Shown here: positions 34,521 to 44,204 of the stretch, in pieces
Position numbering within the stretch: the first letter of the stretch is position 1
How the letters are laid out: every line of letters starts with the position of its first letter
Assembly (NCBI GenBank): GCA_018433775.1
Contig: JAHDQN010000005.1
Location: 10,272-74,271, forward strand
Length of the DNA: 64,000 nucleotides
Reading direction: 5' to 3'
From: Deltaproteobacteria bacterium
Lineage (GTDB): Bacteria; Desulfobacterota; Desulfomonilia; UBA1062
Position numbers and translations under genes: made by a program
Notes under the pieces: model-generated
Database searches by the model: none
What the model was told of the DNA's origin: nothing
The model's input: the letters and a program-made list of their open reading frames with translations, nothing else

Positions 34521-34696
34521 GCCTCCTCCTTCTCTGTTTTTCCTCATCTCAGACGATAGCGGAACGCTGCGTGATTTGCAAAGGAAAGAATGCCCGCGTC
34601 TGTCCGTCTCGTGAAGCAAAGCGCAAGGTTGAAACCTTCCGGCAAAGAGTGGTATAAGCGGCAGCGCTCCATCGGCTAAAATGAAAGGAAAAGATT

Positions 34697-35776
34697 ATGA
34701 AAATCGGCCTCATAGGGCTCGAGAAGTCCGGCAAGACAACGATCTTCAATGCACTCACCGCATCCGACGTGCAGACCAATGCCTATGCCTCGTCGCGGCC
34801 TGAACCGAACATGGCCGTGGTCGCGGTGGCAGACCCGCGGGTGGACCGGCTCAAGGATATGTACCAGCCCCGGAAGACCACCTATGCAACCATCGAGTGC
34901 GTGGATTTCGTGGGATTTTCGTCGGGAGAAGACAAGAAGGAGATCTTCACCGCATCCGAGCTGACCCTGGTGAAGACCGCCGACGCCCTTGCCCTGGTGT
35001 TGAGGAACTTCCATGACGAGGTCATAGACGGCATCCTGGGGCCGCCCGACCCCCTGGCCGACCTGGAAACGGTTCTCACCGAGCTCGTGCTCTCCGATCT
35101 CATCATGGCCGAGAACCGGCTCGAACGGATCGAGCACTTCGTCAAACGGGGCGCATCGACCCCTGACATGGAGATCGAGAAAAAGGCGCTGCTCAAGGTT
35201 TGCGAGGCCCTGGAGAAGAACGCACTCATCAGCTCTCTCGACCTCTCTCCCGATGAGGTCAGGCAGCTCAAGGGGTTTCGCTTTCTCACGGAAAAGCCCC
35301 TGATGGTCATCGTGAACTCGGACGAGGAACGGTTCAACCGCAGTGAAGACCTGCTGGCCGCCACCAGAGGCATTATGCCCGCGGTCGAGTTTGCCGGCAG
35401 GTTCGAGATGGAGCTCTCCGGACTCTCCCCGGAGGATGCCCGGGAGTTCATGGAAGACATGGGCATCGAGACATCCGCCCGGGACCGTCTCACCATGCTC
35501 GCCTACCGGGTGCTGGGCTACATCACCTTCTTCACCGTGGGGCCGGACGAGGTCAAGGCGTGGACCGTCATGCAGGGCGATACGGCCGTGGATGCGGCAG
35601 GAGCGATCCATTCCGACCTTGCCCGGGGGTTTATCAGGGCGGAATGCTTTTCCTATGACGACCTCATCCGGCTCGGCAGCGAAAAGGCGCTGAAGGACAA
35701 GGGGCTCTTCAGGCTCGAGGGCAAGGGCTACCTGGTCCAGGACGGCGACATCATGAGCATCCGGTTCAGCGTGTAG
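34697..35776 (+). CDS. YchF/Obg-like GTPase (ribosome-binding ATPase YchF family) with C-terminal TGS domain, divergent
   Basis: P-loop GLIGLEKSGKTTIFNALT. C-terminal TGS-like ...DLIRLGSEKALKDKGLFRLEGKGYLVQDGDIMSIRF. Confidence 0.65.
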   Translation: MKIGLIGLEKSGKTTIFNALTASDVQTNAYASSRPEPNMAVVAVADPRVDRLKDMYQPRKTTYATIECVDFVGFSSGEDKKEIFTASELTLVKTADALALVLRNFHDEVIDGILGPPDPLADLETVLTELVLSDLIMAENRLERIEHFVKRGASTPDMEIEKKALLKVCEALEKNALISSLDLSPDEVRQLKGFRFLTEKPLMVIVNSDEERFNRSEDLLAATRGIMPAVEFAGRFEMELSGLSPEDAREFMEDMGIETSARDRLTMLAYRVLGYITFFTVGPDEVKAWTVMQGDTAVDAAGAIHSDLARGFIRAECFSYDDLIRLGSEKALKDKGLFRLEGKGYLVQDGDIMSIRFSV

Positions 35777-35913
35777 CCGGAGGGGGACACCGCCCGGTTC
35801 CATTGCCCGAAACGGTTGCCGGGCCGTCTATTCATCCTGGGAGAAAAGCCCGGGCCTTTCCCGGTATGCGCCGGTGTGGTAACCTGGTGCACAGGAGGGC
35901 ATGGAAAAACACG

Positions 35914-36273
35914 ATGAAAACCGGGTATAAGCAGATCACTCCCTTTGTCACCAAGGACGGGTCCGTCATCCGGGAGCTCATCCACCCCCGGCAGGGGACG
36001 GATACCTGCCAGAGCCTCGCAGAGGCGACCGTCCTTCCGGGCTCCGAGACCGTTCTCCACCGGCACCATAAGGCAGAGGAGATCTACCATGTCACCCGGG
36101 GCCGGGGCACCATGACCCTGGGCGAAGAGGTGTTCGAGATCGGGCAGGGGGACAGCATCCTCATCCCGCCGGGCACGCCTCACAGGCTCCGGAATTCCGG
36201 ACAGGCGGATCTGGTGGTCCTGTGCTGCTGCTGTCCGCCCTACAGCCACGAGGACACCGAGCTGCTCGCTTGA
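35914..36273 (+). CDS. Cupin-domain protein
   Basis: The two-His cupin motifs HRHHKAEEIYHV...G and PPGTPHRLRN are present. Start at ATG 35914. Confidence 0.6.
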   Translation: MKTGYKQITPFVTKDGSVIRELIHPRQGTDTCQSLAEATVLPGSETVLHRHHKAEEIYHVTRGRGTMTLGEEVFEIGQGDSILIPPGTPHRLRNSGQADLVVLCCCCPPYSHEDTELLA

Positions 36274-36410
36274 AGAGGGAGCAATCCCGGGCGACATCGC
36301 CTCTCTCACGGGAGAAGTGCCCGGGGTTCGGACTACTGCAGGATACCCGGAACCATGCATCGTGTGTCGGCCGCCCGTTGCAGTGACAGGCGCTCCGGCA
36401 GGAGGGATAT

Positions 36411-37022
36411 ATGAAAAAGGCGGTCATCGTCTCTGCGGCGGCCTGTCTGCTCTTTGCCGCGTACCTGGCTCTGTCGCCGGATCAGCCGGTCAGGAACGCC
36501 GATCATGCAGCAGGACCGGTCGTCTGCTTCGGAGACAGCCTCACCTACGGGACCGGGGCGTCTCCGGGCATGGATTATCCCTCCCGGCTCTCCGGCCTCC
36601 TGGGTGTCCCCGTGGTCAATGCCGGCCGGCCGGGAGACACGACCGCAGACGCCTTGGATCGGCTCCACCGGGATGTCCGGTCCCATTCCCCGGGAATCGT
36701 GCTCATCACCCTGGGAGGCAACGACCTCAAAAACCGTCTTCCCCGGCAGGAGGCGTTCGCCAACCTCAAGATGATCATCGAACAGCTCCAGGAAAGCGGC
36801 GCCCTCGTGGTGGTGGGTGGCATCCGCGTGCCCCTGCTCGGCCGAGGTTTTAGTGAGGAATACGAGCGGGTGTGCAGGGAGACCGGGGCCCTGCTCATCC
36901 CGGACATCTACGAGGGCCTGCTCGGGCGCGATGAATTCATGAGCGACCCCATCCACCCCAACGACAGGGGGTATCGGATCATGGCCGAACGCTTTCATGC
37001 AGCCCTGCGACCGTATCTGTGA
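36411..37022 (+). CDS. SGNH/GDSL-family esterase (TesA/arylesterase-like) with signal peptide
   Basis: RBS AGGAGGG precedes the ATG. Block I VVCFGDSLTYG, block III GGNDL, block V DPIHPN. Confidence 0.75.
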   Translation: MKKAVIVSAAACLLFAAYLALSPDQPVRNADHAAGPVVCFGDSLTYGTGASPGMDYPSRLSGLLGVPVVNAGRPGDTTADALDRLHRDVRSHSPGIVLITLGGNDLKNRLPRQEAFANLKMIIEQLQESGALVVVGGIRVPLLGRGFSEEYERVCRETGALLIPDIYEGLLGRDEFMSDPIHPNDRGYRIMAERFHAALRPYL

Positions 37023-37286
37023 GGGCTCGTTTCAGGGAAGGGAGCTTCCCCGGGATTTCTGTTGGGCGAGGGCTCGGTCCTCCGCCGGTTCTTGATGCCC
37101 CCTCGAAGGATACGCGCCGCTCTTTCAGACGGGGGTTCCCGGGCGGCAGCCGGGAAATCACGGATTCTTTCCTGTTCTCGCCCGGATCTAGAGAACCCGC
37201 ACATAAAAAAACATTCGTCCGAGCTTCAATCCGGACATACGGCCCCTGATCCAGGGATCCCCGAATACTGCGCAGGGCTCTTCGCT

Positions 37287-37958
37287 CTACTGTCCGAGAA
37301 AGTCCGACACCTTGCCTTCAAGCCACGCGGCCCAGGCATCGATGCCCTCGCCGGTACGGCACGAGACCGGAATGACGGGCATCGTGGCGTTGAGCCTGAG
37401 CACCCGCTCCTGCAAGAGCTGCATGTCGAAGTCCGAGAGGCTCAGGTAGTCGGTTTTGTTCACCAGGAGCACCTGGCTCACGGAAAACATGAGCGGGTAT
37501 TTGAGCGGCTTGTCGTCGCCCTCGGGAACGCTCAGGATCATGGCGTTGTGGATCGCCCCGGTATCGAACTCGGCGGGGCACACGAGGTTGCCCACGTTTT
37601 CGATGATGACGAGATCGAGTGCGTCCAGGTCGAATGCCTCGAGCCCTGCCGCGACCATGCCGGCGTCCAGGTGGCAGAAGCCGCCGGTGCGGAGCTGCAC
37701 CGCCTGCACCCCCGATGCCGCGACCCTCTCGGCGTCCACGATCGAGTCGATATCCGCCTCCAGCACGCCGATGCGGAACCGGTCTTTCAGCCTCTCCACG
37801 GTCTTGAGGATCAGGCTCGTCTTGCCTGCGCCCGGCGAGGACATGAGGTTCAGAAGATAGGTCTTGTGCCTCTTGAGTCTGGACCTGAGCGACGACGCAA
37901 GCTCCCGGTTGTCGGAGAGGATGTCCTCCCTGATCTCGATGAGTCGGATCTCCCTCAT
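37287..37958 (-). CDS. hypB: Hydrogenase/urease nickel-incorporation GTPase HypB
   Basis: P-loop MSSPGAGKTSL. Motifs ENVGNLVCPA and NKTD. The start codon overlaps the hypA stop (TAATG). Confidence 0.8.
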   Translation of the reverse strand: MREIRLIEIREDILSDNRELASSLRSRLKRHKTYLLNLMSSPGAGKTSLILKTVERLKDRFRIGVLEADIDSIVDAERVAASGVQAVQLRTGGFCHLDAGMVAAGLEAFDLDALDLVIIENVGNLVCPAEFDTGAIHNAMILSVPEGDDKPLKYPLMFSVSQVLLVNKTDYLSLSDFDMQLLQERVLRLNATMPVIPVSCRTGEGIDAWAAWLEGKVSDFLGQ

Positions 37959-38308
37959 TATTCGGCCTCCATGTCCCTGATATAGTATTCCCTGCCCGAA
38001 ACCAGGGTCAGCTCTTTGCCGCCGCATCCGGGGCAGGTGAAGTCCTTCATCCGCCCGGTCTCGACCCCGGACTCCCGGCCGCAGGCATTGCACCGGAACA
38101 CCACGGGGATCCGCTCGATCACCAGCCTGGCGCCTTGGGCGAGCGTGCCTTTGCTGATGTAGTCGAAATATTTCTGGATCCATTCGTCCTCGAGGTCGCT
38201 CATTTCGCCGATGGCGAGGTTGATGGCGTGCACCCTGCGCACCCGGTTCATGCGCGCGTGCTTCAGGACGATGTCGAGAATGCTCTGGGTCACGGGCAGC
38301 TCGTGCAT
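37958..38308 (-). CDS. hypA: Hydrogenase nickel-insertion metallochaperone HypA
   Basis: The MHE N-terminus carries the Ni site. The zinc ribbon is CNACG...CPGCG. Length 116 aa. Confidence 0.8.
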   Translation of the reverse strand: MHELPVTQSILDIVLKHARMNRVRRVHAINLAIGEMSDLEDEWIQKYFDYISKGTLAQGARLVIERIPVVFRCNACGRESGVETGRMKDFTCPGCGGKELTLVSGREYYIRDMEAE

Positions 38309-38404
38309 GACTACTTCCTTTTTTTATGATTTGTCCCTGAATATCAGGGGCCTGTCAAGTGTCTGCTCGTCCCACGGCGGGGAAAGGCTGTTCACCGGGG
38401 GCGA

Positions 38405-39751
38405 CTACTCCCTGCCGGTGACCGAGTCAGTTTTTCTCCTGAGCCTGGCCAGGCGGTGGGCAAGGGATTGTCTCTCGGCCGGGGAGAGGCCGCGTGAGCC
38501 TGCGAGGATGGCCTCCACCACGACGATTGCCCGGGCGTGGTCGTATGCCCGGTGCTCCAGCCATTTTGCCAGCTCCTCAACGGCAAAAAGGTCGTAGGGG
38601 TCGCGGGAGACCATGTCCTCCCAGATTCTGACCGCGTCTTCCCATGCTCCCTTCCTCTTGTGGAAGAGAGAGAGGGTCATTCCGGCATTGCGGACAACGA
38701 GGGAATCCCGGGACTTCGCCAGTGCATCCAGGAGGGCCCGGGCAATGGTTTCGTCTCCGTGCTTGAGGTGCATCCTGGCAGCCGCCAGGAGGTCGCCCGG
38801 ATGGGCATGGGGCTGTTCGCACCCGCCGGTGAGGAGATCCGTAAAATGCGCGGCTAGGGCCGCCATGGACACGATGTCCAGCCGGTTGTGGTGGAAGACC
38901 TCCTCGAGAGGCGTGGCGTCGCGGTGTTTGAGCCAGGAAAAGTATCTCCCGGGGATCTCGTATCCGGGCACGTCGCCGGTTCGGTGAAAGTCGATGACCT
39001 CGTTCTCCAGCGTCCCCAGCCTGCAGTTTTCGAGCCGGTATCCGGCGAGTCTTCTGGAGGGAAAGAGCAGGTCGAGGTGCGGCATGCCCGTGAGCGGGTT
39101 TTGCAGCCTGTTGAGGATATACCGGGCGGAGAGCAGGTTCACGTCGAAAGCCCTGCCGTTGAAGGTGACCAGAAAGCGCTTTTCTGCCGCCATGTCGCTG
39201 AGCAGGGCCAGCATCGAGCCCTCTTCATGAAAGTCGCGGGCAAAGAGCTGGCACACGACAAAGTCCCGCCCCTCGTACCATCCCAGCCCGATGAGGAAGG
39301 CGAAGGTGCCGGTCCCGCCGGCGAGCCCGGTGGTCTCGGTATCCAGGAACAGGGCATCGGAGATGTCCATGCCCGCGATCTCGGGGTGTCCGGCAAGCAG
39401 GGCGGCGGCCTTCATATCGGCGGCGGTGAGGCGGGCGATCTGGATCTTGCCGTGGTACGATTGCGCCTTGAACGTGCATCGCGAAAAAAAGCACGCACCC
39501 AAGTCCGTTGCCACCTCCTCGCCGGTGATGACCTCGTGGAGCGGCCGGGCCGGCAGGGGCGTGCGGAAGGCAACGGTGCGCTGCGGGTAGGCGGCCCTGC
39601 GGGCCATGATGTCATCGATCTTCCGCCGCAGCTCGCTGAGCTGCTCCTGCCGCGGGCTCTTCGATGCAGCCGGCTGCCCTTCTCCTGTCAGGCGCTTCAG
39701 TCTGTCTTTCACGCTCATAGGTTCTTCTGCCGGGATTCTATGAGCTGACAA
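38405..39751 (-). CDS. RNase H-fold DEDD-type 3'-5' exonuclease-like domain protein with C-terminal TPR/helical repeats
   Basis: The Exo I-like motif FLDTETTGL is present, and a second acidic motif lies around FNGRAFDVNLL. The helical repeat C-terminus is ARALLDALAKS..., WEDAVRIWEDM... Confidence 0.55.
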   Translation of the reverse strand: MSAHRIPAEEPMSVKDRLKRLTGEGQPAASKSPRQEQLSELRRKIDDIMARRAAYPQRTVAFRTPLPARPLHEVITGEEVATDLGACFFSRCTFKAQSYHGKIQIARLTAADMKAAALLAGHPEIAGMDISDALFLDTETTGLAGGTGTFAFLIGLGWYEGRDFVVCQLFARDFHEEGSMLALLSDMAAEKRFLVTFNGRAFDVNLLSARYILNRLQNPLTGMPHLDLLFPSRRLAGYRLENCRLGTLENEVIDFHRTGDVPGYEIPGRYFSWLKHRDATPLEEVFHHNRLDIVSMAALAAHFTDLLTGGCEQPHAHPGDLLAAARMHLKHGDETIARALLDALAKSRDSLVVRNAGMTLSLFHKRKGAWEDAVRIWEDMVSRDPYDLFAVEELAKWLEHRAYDHARAIVVVEAILAGSRGLSPAERQSLAHRLARLRRKTDSVTGRE

Positions 39752-39883
39752 TGAATCCGGAGGAGCCGGCCTGTCAAGGGCTTTGATTCGTTTTTTTCAG
39801 GCGTGCAGTACGGTTTTTTGATTTTTCAGAAGAAAACTCTATACCATTTTCTAGGCTCGAAAAGAAATCTGTCTGACAAAGGA

Positions 39884-40711
39884 ATGTACATGATCGATGA
39901 ACCGGGTTTTCCCAAGGGCATGCTCTTCTCCCTGATTCTGACCGCGCTTCTCTTCCTGACCGCTTGCTCCTCGGATAGCGATGATTCACAGGCCATACCC
40001 GAGGCTCTGGCACTGGACATACCGGCCCTGTATTCCACGGTGGATACCATCACCGTCCTGGTTGCCCACGAGTCCGAGGTCGAGCCGTTCACCGGCACGA
40101 TCCACAGCGACATCCCATGCTGGTCGGTTCTGGAAAGCAATATCGAGGCCCTGTTCGAGGGCCGAACCCTGGAGCCGGACGTGTATGTGCCATCCGCACT
40201 CTCCGAGATGGAGGAGATACCCTCTCAGGAACAGGTTACCTGGACCTCGGAGGAAATCTTGAGCCTGGCACGGGATGTCTGGGACGCAGATCCGTCGAGC
40301 TACGAAGCGGAGTTCTTCGTGCTCTTTCTCAAGGGATATTTTGAAAGAGAGGGCGCGCCTGACAACCAGATCATCGGGGTCTCCATCGTAGGGACGCCGG
40401 TGATCGCGATTTTCAAGGACATCGTCCTCTCTTCGAGCTTCATCCCCCAGGTTGCCCGGTTCGTCGAGCAGGCCACCCTGGTCCATGAGTTCGGCCACGT
40501 CATGGGACTGGTGAACAACGGGGTGCCCATGGTGTTGGATCATCTGGACCCAGAGCACCCGCGGCACTGCACGAACGACCGGTGCGTCATGTACTGGGTG
40601 AACGAAGGGGCCTCCGACATGTCGGAATTCGTCCAACAGATGATCGACAGCGACTCCCTGGTCATGTTCGGCGAGCAATGTCTGGATGATACCCGGAGTT
40701 ATGTTCCTTGA
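39884..40711 (+). CDS. Lipoprotein zinc-metallopeptidase-like protein (HExxH)
   Basis: Signal peptide and lipobox LFLTAC. The HEFGHVMG (HExxHxxG) motif lies near the C-terminus. Confidence 0.5.
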   Translation: MYMIDEPGFPKGMLFSLILTALLFLTACSSDSDDSQAIPEALALDIPALYSTVDTITVLVAHESEVEPFTGTIHSDIPCWSVLESNIEALFEGRTLEPDVYVPSALSEMEEIPSQEQVTWTSEEILSLARDVWDADPSSYEAEFFVLFLKGYFEREGAPDNQIIGVSIVGTPVIAIFKDIVLSSSFIPQVARFVEQATLVHEFGHVMGLVNNGVPMVLDHLDPEHPRHCTNDRCVMYWVNEGASDMSEFVQQMIDSDSLVMFGEQCLDDTRSYVP

Positions 40712-40837
40712 AAAGCACGGGCTTCCGATAGCAGTGCCGCATTCATCGAGGTCGCCGTCCCTTCCGGTTCCGGCGATGCCGATGGTGAAAAACGGCAAGC
40801 CAATGCCCGTGCTCAAGGCAATTTGTCACCGCGGTGC

Positions 40838-42007
40838 TCAGGGACGGTTTGCTTCTCCTCTTCCGAACAGGTCCTGTACGGCGCTGTTCAGCCCCTTGAT
40901 CATCTCTCCGGCGGTGTCCCTGCCCATGGTCCCGATCGCGCCCGCACCCTCGACCGCTCTGCCCAGGCTCCCCTGGATCAGGTCTGTCATGGAGGCTGCG
41001 AGGCGCCGGGAAAGGGCGTCGTTGAACGAGAACCGGGGGCTGGACAGGTCGCCTTCCAGCGTGAAGTCCAGAGTGATGGCGTTGTCGGAGCTTTTCAGGA
41101 GCTTGAGCACGGCGCTGCGGGGCGCGCCCATGAATGTCCCCCAGGGAGTCCGGGGACTCGCGAGCTCGAGGCCGGATATCCTCACCGCTCCCGGGGCCTT
41201 GAGATAGTTGCCCTCCACGCCGCACGTAAGGTCGAGATCCAGGGTGCCTCCAATGATCTCCGCCTCGTCGGCCCCGATCAGGTACGGCTGGATCGTGGTC
41301 ATGTCCACTGATTCCAGTTTCAGCGAGAGGGATGTGTCTTTCGATGCGAGCTCGGTCCATCCCGCAAGGCGTACGTGTCCGTCGTTGCTCGCGCCCTTGA
41401 CCACCCCTGCGAGCTCGAAGCGGGTGGTGTCCGCAAACGAGGGAATCGTGATTTCTCTTACCTCCGCCCGGATTCCTTCCATGCGGATCTTCAGCGGCGG
41501 GTTCTTCGCCGCCGTGGCATCGAACAGCTCGACCACACCGTCCTGAAGGACGATGCGGCCGATGGAAACAGCAGGCGCGGCATCGTCCTGCGTCGCAGGG
41601 GCATCGCACGGGCCGCCCGTTTGACCGGTTTCCAGCAGGCCGGGCAGAATCCGGAGCCGCCCCTCACCGGTTCTCAGCACCGAGAGGTAGGGTCTGACCA
41701 CGGTAATGGACCGGACCCGATACTCTCCCGACAACAAGCTGCGCAGGCTGGGAACCACCTTGATGTGCCCGGCGCGGAACTCGTAACCGGCCGGCCATTG
41801 CGGGTTCCCCCTGATGCTCACCTGCCCGGCCTCGACCCCGGTCAGGCCGAGCCGCATGCTTCCGATCTCGCTCCGGGGGCCGAGCGCGGCCGCCACCTTA
41901 TCCTCGAGGATGCGGCCGGCGAGCCGGAAGCCGGCGGCACCCACCGTCCCGAGCAGCACGGCTGCCACAAGGGCCGCCGCCATCCATTTCTTCTTTTTCC
42001 CCTCCAT
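40838..42007 (-). CDS. Membrane-anchored AsmA-like/DUF748-like protein
   Basis: N-terminal TM (WMAAALVAAVLLGTVGAAGF). The long beta-rich periplasmic region resembles AsmA/TamB-like lipid-transfer folds. The assignment is tentative. Confidence 0.45.
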   Translation of the reverse strand: MEGKKKKWMAAALVAAVLLGTVGAAGFRLAGRILEDKVAAALGPRSEIGSMRLGLTGVEAGQVSIRGNPQWPAGYEFRAGHIKVVPSLRSLLSGEYRVRSITVVRPYLSVLRTGEGRLRILPGLLETGQTGGPCDAPATQDDAAPAVSIGRIVLQDGVVELFDATAAKNPPLKIRMEGIRAEVREITIPSFADTTRFELAGVVKGASNDGHVRLAGWTELASKDTSLSLKLESVDMTTIQPYLIGADEAEIIGGTLDLDLTCGVEGNYLKAPGAVRISGLELASPRTPWGTFMGAPRSAVLKLLKSSDNAITLDFTLEGDLSSPRFSFNDALSRRLAASMTDLIQGSLGRAVEGAGAIGTMGRDTAGEMIKGLNSAVQDLFGRGEANRP

Positions 42008-42173
42008 TGTCCGTATGCCTGTCTCCTCCGTAATTGCGTGATCTCAAATCAGCCCGGGATCGCCCGGGTGATCCCTCATGTATCCCCTCCCGTGTAATAC
42101 GCGGTCCTTCCCGGGGGCCAAGGTCGCCCCTTCCGCCCGTCAGTGGCCGGCCGCGCCGGCGGGTGTGATTCCC

Positions 42174-42647
42174 TCAAGGCGCCGGGTTTCCGGTTATGGC
42201 CTCATACGTGTCAAGGTACTCGGCCCTGCGCTCCCTTGCAAGGGCGCTCACTATCAGCTCCAGTGCCTCGGCGTCCTCTCCGAGCTCGTGCAGGACATGG
42301 GCCAGGTTGTTCATCACGTCGGCATCCGTTCCGTCCAGGGCAAGGCATCGGCGATAGAAGTGCGCCGCCCGGTCCGGGTCTCCCTGGGCATAGGCCAGGT
42401 TTCCCAGATTGAAGAGCGGAACCGGCCACGACGCATCCTTCTTCGCCGCCTTGAGATACTCCTGCCGGGCCAGAACGGGATCACCGCCGCGCTCGTAGAT
42501 CACGCCCAACTCATTGTGCTCGGAGGCCGAGAGGGGATCTTCGAGCACGACGATCCGGGGCATGGAGCACGACCACATGAGCAGCAGGACGGGCAGGAAG
42601 GCCTTTAGGGGAAGACGAGCAGATAGGCCGAGCCTTTCTTTTTCCAT
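42174..42647 (-). CDS. TPR-repeat (lipo)protein
   Basis: TPR motifs are EHNELGVIYERGGDPVLARQEYLKAA, LFNLGNLAYAQGDPDRAAHFYRRCLAL and MNNLAHVLHELGEDAEALE. N-terminal signal peptide. Confidence 0.6.
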   Translation of the reverse strand: MEKERLGLSARLPLKAFLPVLLLMWSCSMPRIVVLEDPLSASEHNELGVIYERGGDPVLARQEYLKAAKKDASWPVPLFNLGNLAYAQGDPDRAAHFYRRCLALDGTDADVMNNLAHVLHELGEDAEALELIVSALARERRAEYLDTYEAITGNPAP

Positions 42648-43093
42648 ATCCTTTCGAACTCCTCCCGGCTGAAGACCTGTGCGGCTTGGTGTCCGGTATG
42701 GGCTCTCAGCGAGCCGTCCGTAACGTCGGTCACCACGAGGTAGTGGGGCCTTGAGACGACCCAGAAGCCCATGTCCACGAGCACGATGACCGGCCGGCCC
42801 GCATCCGTGAAACGCCTGAGATCGTCGATCCCCCCCTGTGCGAGCCGGGTATTGAATCCCTTGCCCCGGGCGAATGTCTCCAGGTCGGTGATGAGCGAGC
42901 CTTTGAGCCTCTCGCAGTACACGGCCTGCGCGATTGTGCCCTGGTCGATGTCGCGCCCGTAGTATGCCATAACCGAAGAGAGGGCGGCAGGGCCGCAGAA
43001 GCGCGACTCCTGCCTGACGAAGGGTACTCCCTCTATCCCGGATGCTTCCTCGCTAAGCGAAAAGAGCGCGAGGAGCAGAATCAGCAGCTTCAC
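42605..43093 (-). CDS. C39-like (papain-fold) cysteine peptidase domain protein, PA2778-like, secreted
   Basis: Signal peptide MKLLILLLALFSLS. Catalytic Cys in CGPAALSSVMAYYG. A His is present downstream. Confidence 0.6.
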   Translation of the reverse strand: MKLLILLLALFSLSEEASGIEGVPFVRQESRFCGPAALSSVMAYYGRDIDQGTIAQAVYCERLKGSLITDLETFARGKGFNTRLAQGGIDDLRRFTDAGRPVIVLVDMGFWVVSRPHYLVVTDVTDGSLRAHTGHQAAQVFSREEFERIWKKKGSAYLLVFP

Positions 43094-43493
43094 CGTTCAG
43101 CGTGATGACGATGTCCTTGCCCAGCAGCTTGAGGATGACAATGACCAGGATGACGATGATCAGCACCCCGATCACCGCACCCAGCCCGTCTCCGCCTGCA
43201 AGCACATCGTCGGAGGCCTGGGCCAGGAGATGGATCTGGGATGGGGTCATTTCCGAGAGTTTCTCCCTGACCTCATCGGCCGAGAGCCCGTATGCCCGGA
43301 GCTTTTCCTGGACGAGTTTGTTTTCCAGCGCGAGCCGGATCTTCTCCACATCCTGCTGGATCAGGGTGTCGCCGGCATCTCCGGAAAGACCCTTCGAGGG
43401 GATCATGGCGGCCCACGCGGGAGAAACGAGGAAGCCGATCATGTAGGCGGTAACGGTCAGCACGAGGACCCGGTTTCTCATCAACGATGTCAT
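43053..43493 (-). CDS. PA2779-like family protein (signal peptide, C-terminal TM)
   Basis: Start at comp 43493 with a GAGGAGG RBS. MTSLMRNRVLVLTVTAYMIGFLVSPAWAAMI...LSADEVREKLSEMTPSQIHLLAQ...GAVIGVLIIVILVIVIL. It is frequently paired with a C39-like peptidase. Confidence 0.5.
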   Translation of the reverse strand: MTSLMRNRVLVLTVTAYMIGFLVSPAWAAMIPSKGLSGDAGDTLIQQDVEKIRLALENKLVQEKLRAYGLSADEVREKLSEMTPSQIHLLAQASDDVLAGGDGLGAVIGVLIIVILVIVILKLLGKDIVITLNGEAADSAPRALFA

Positions 43494-43560
43494 TGTCTTA
43501 CCTCCTCTTCTCATTTTCCCTCCAGATATCCCGCTTTTTACGCCCTGTGTCAATTCAGAT

Positions 43561-43935
43561 TCACTTAATCATCCGTATGGTGAGGGGATACCGGTAGAGC
43601 TCGTGGTTGCTCGCCCTGACAGCGGCAATGATGGTGAGGACCAGATCCGCCACCACGATCAGCGCCACCACGGGATAAAACAGGAGCCCGATCAGCACGG
43701 GGGTGAACCCGATGGCGATGATGAGGGCGAGAACGGCATAGATCGTCATGGATATCTGGAAATTCATGGACTCCTTGCCCTGATCGTTGACGCTGGGATA
43801 CTTGTCCTTGGTGAACAGCCAGACAATGAACGGGCCGAGGATATTCCCGAACGGGATGCCCAGCAGGACGATCAGTGCTGACAAATGGCTGATGATGGCC
43901 CAGGTCCGGGACTTTTCGTCATGGATCATCTCCAT
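43561..43935 (-). CDS. DUF4870-family membrane protein
   Basis: WAIISHLSALIVLLGIPFGNILGPFIVWLFTKDKYPSVNDQGKESMNFQIS matches the DUF4870 consensus. Confidence 0.6.
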   Translation of the reverse strand: MEMIHDEKSRTWAIISHLSALIVLLGIPFGNILGPFIVWLFTKDKYPSVNDQGKESMNFQISMTIYAVLALIIAIGFTPVLIGLLFYPVVALIVVADLVLTIIAAVRASNHELYRYPLTIRMIK

Positions 43936-44204
43936 CGCTTGTCTCCTTCAATGCTATGATAGTTCTTCAATAGTGTCTTTGCGCCCGAGAGCAACGCATC
44001 GGTTGCAGATACCGGGGACCGGGAGGCTCTCACGGCTTTTTTAACGGCCCCCGGCCGCCAATCCGGAAGGTTTCGCCCGCGGCATCCTGGAGCACGGCTG
44101 CCAACCCTCGGTCCGGCCGGCCTGCCTTCCTGGAGCATGTCCCTGTCGGCGCCGGTCATCAACCGGTAAAAAAAGAAATGTGAACCCGTCCCCGATAGGG
44201 GTTT

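Noticed and set aside
34676-35803. 375-aa minus-strand ORF
   Set aside because: It is antisense to the YchF-like GTPase, which has a clear P-loop and TGS domain.
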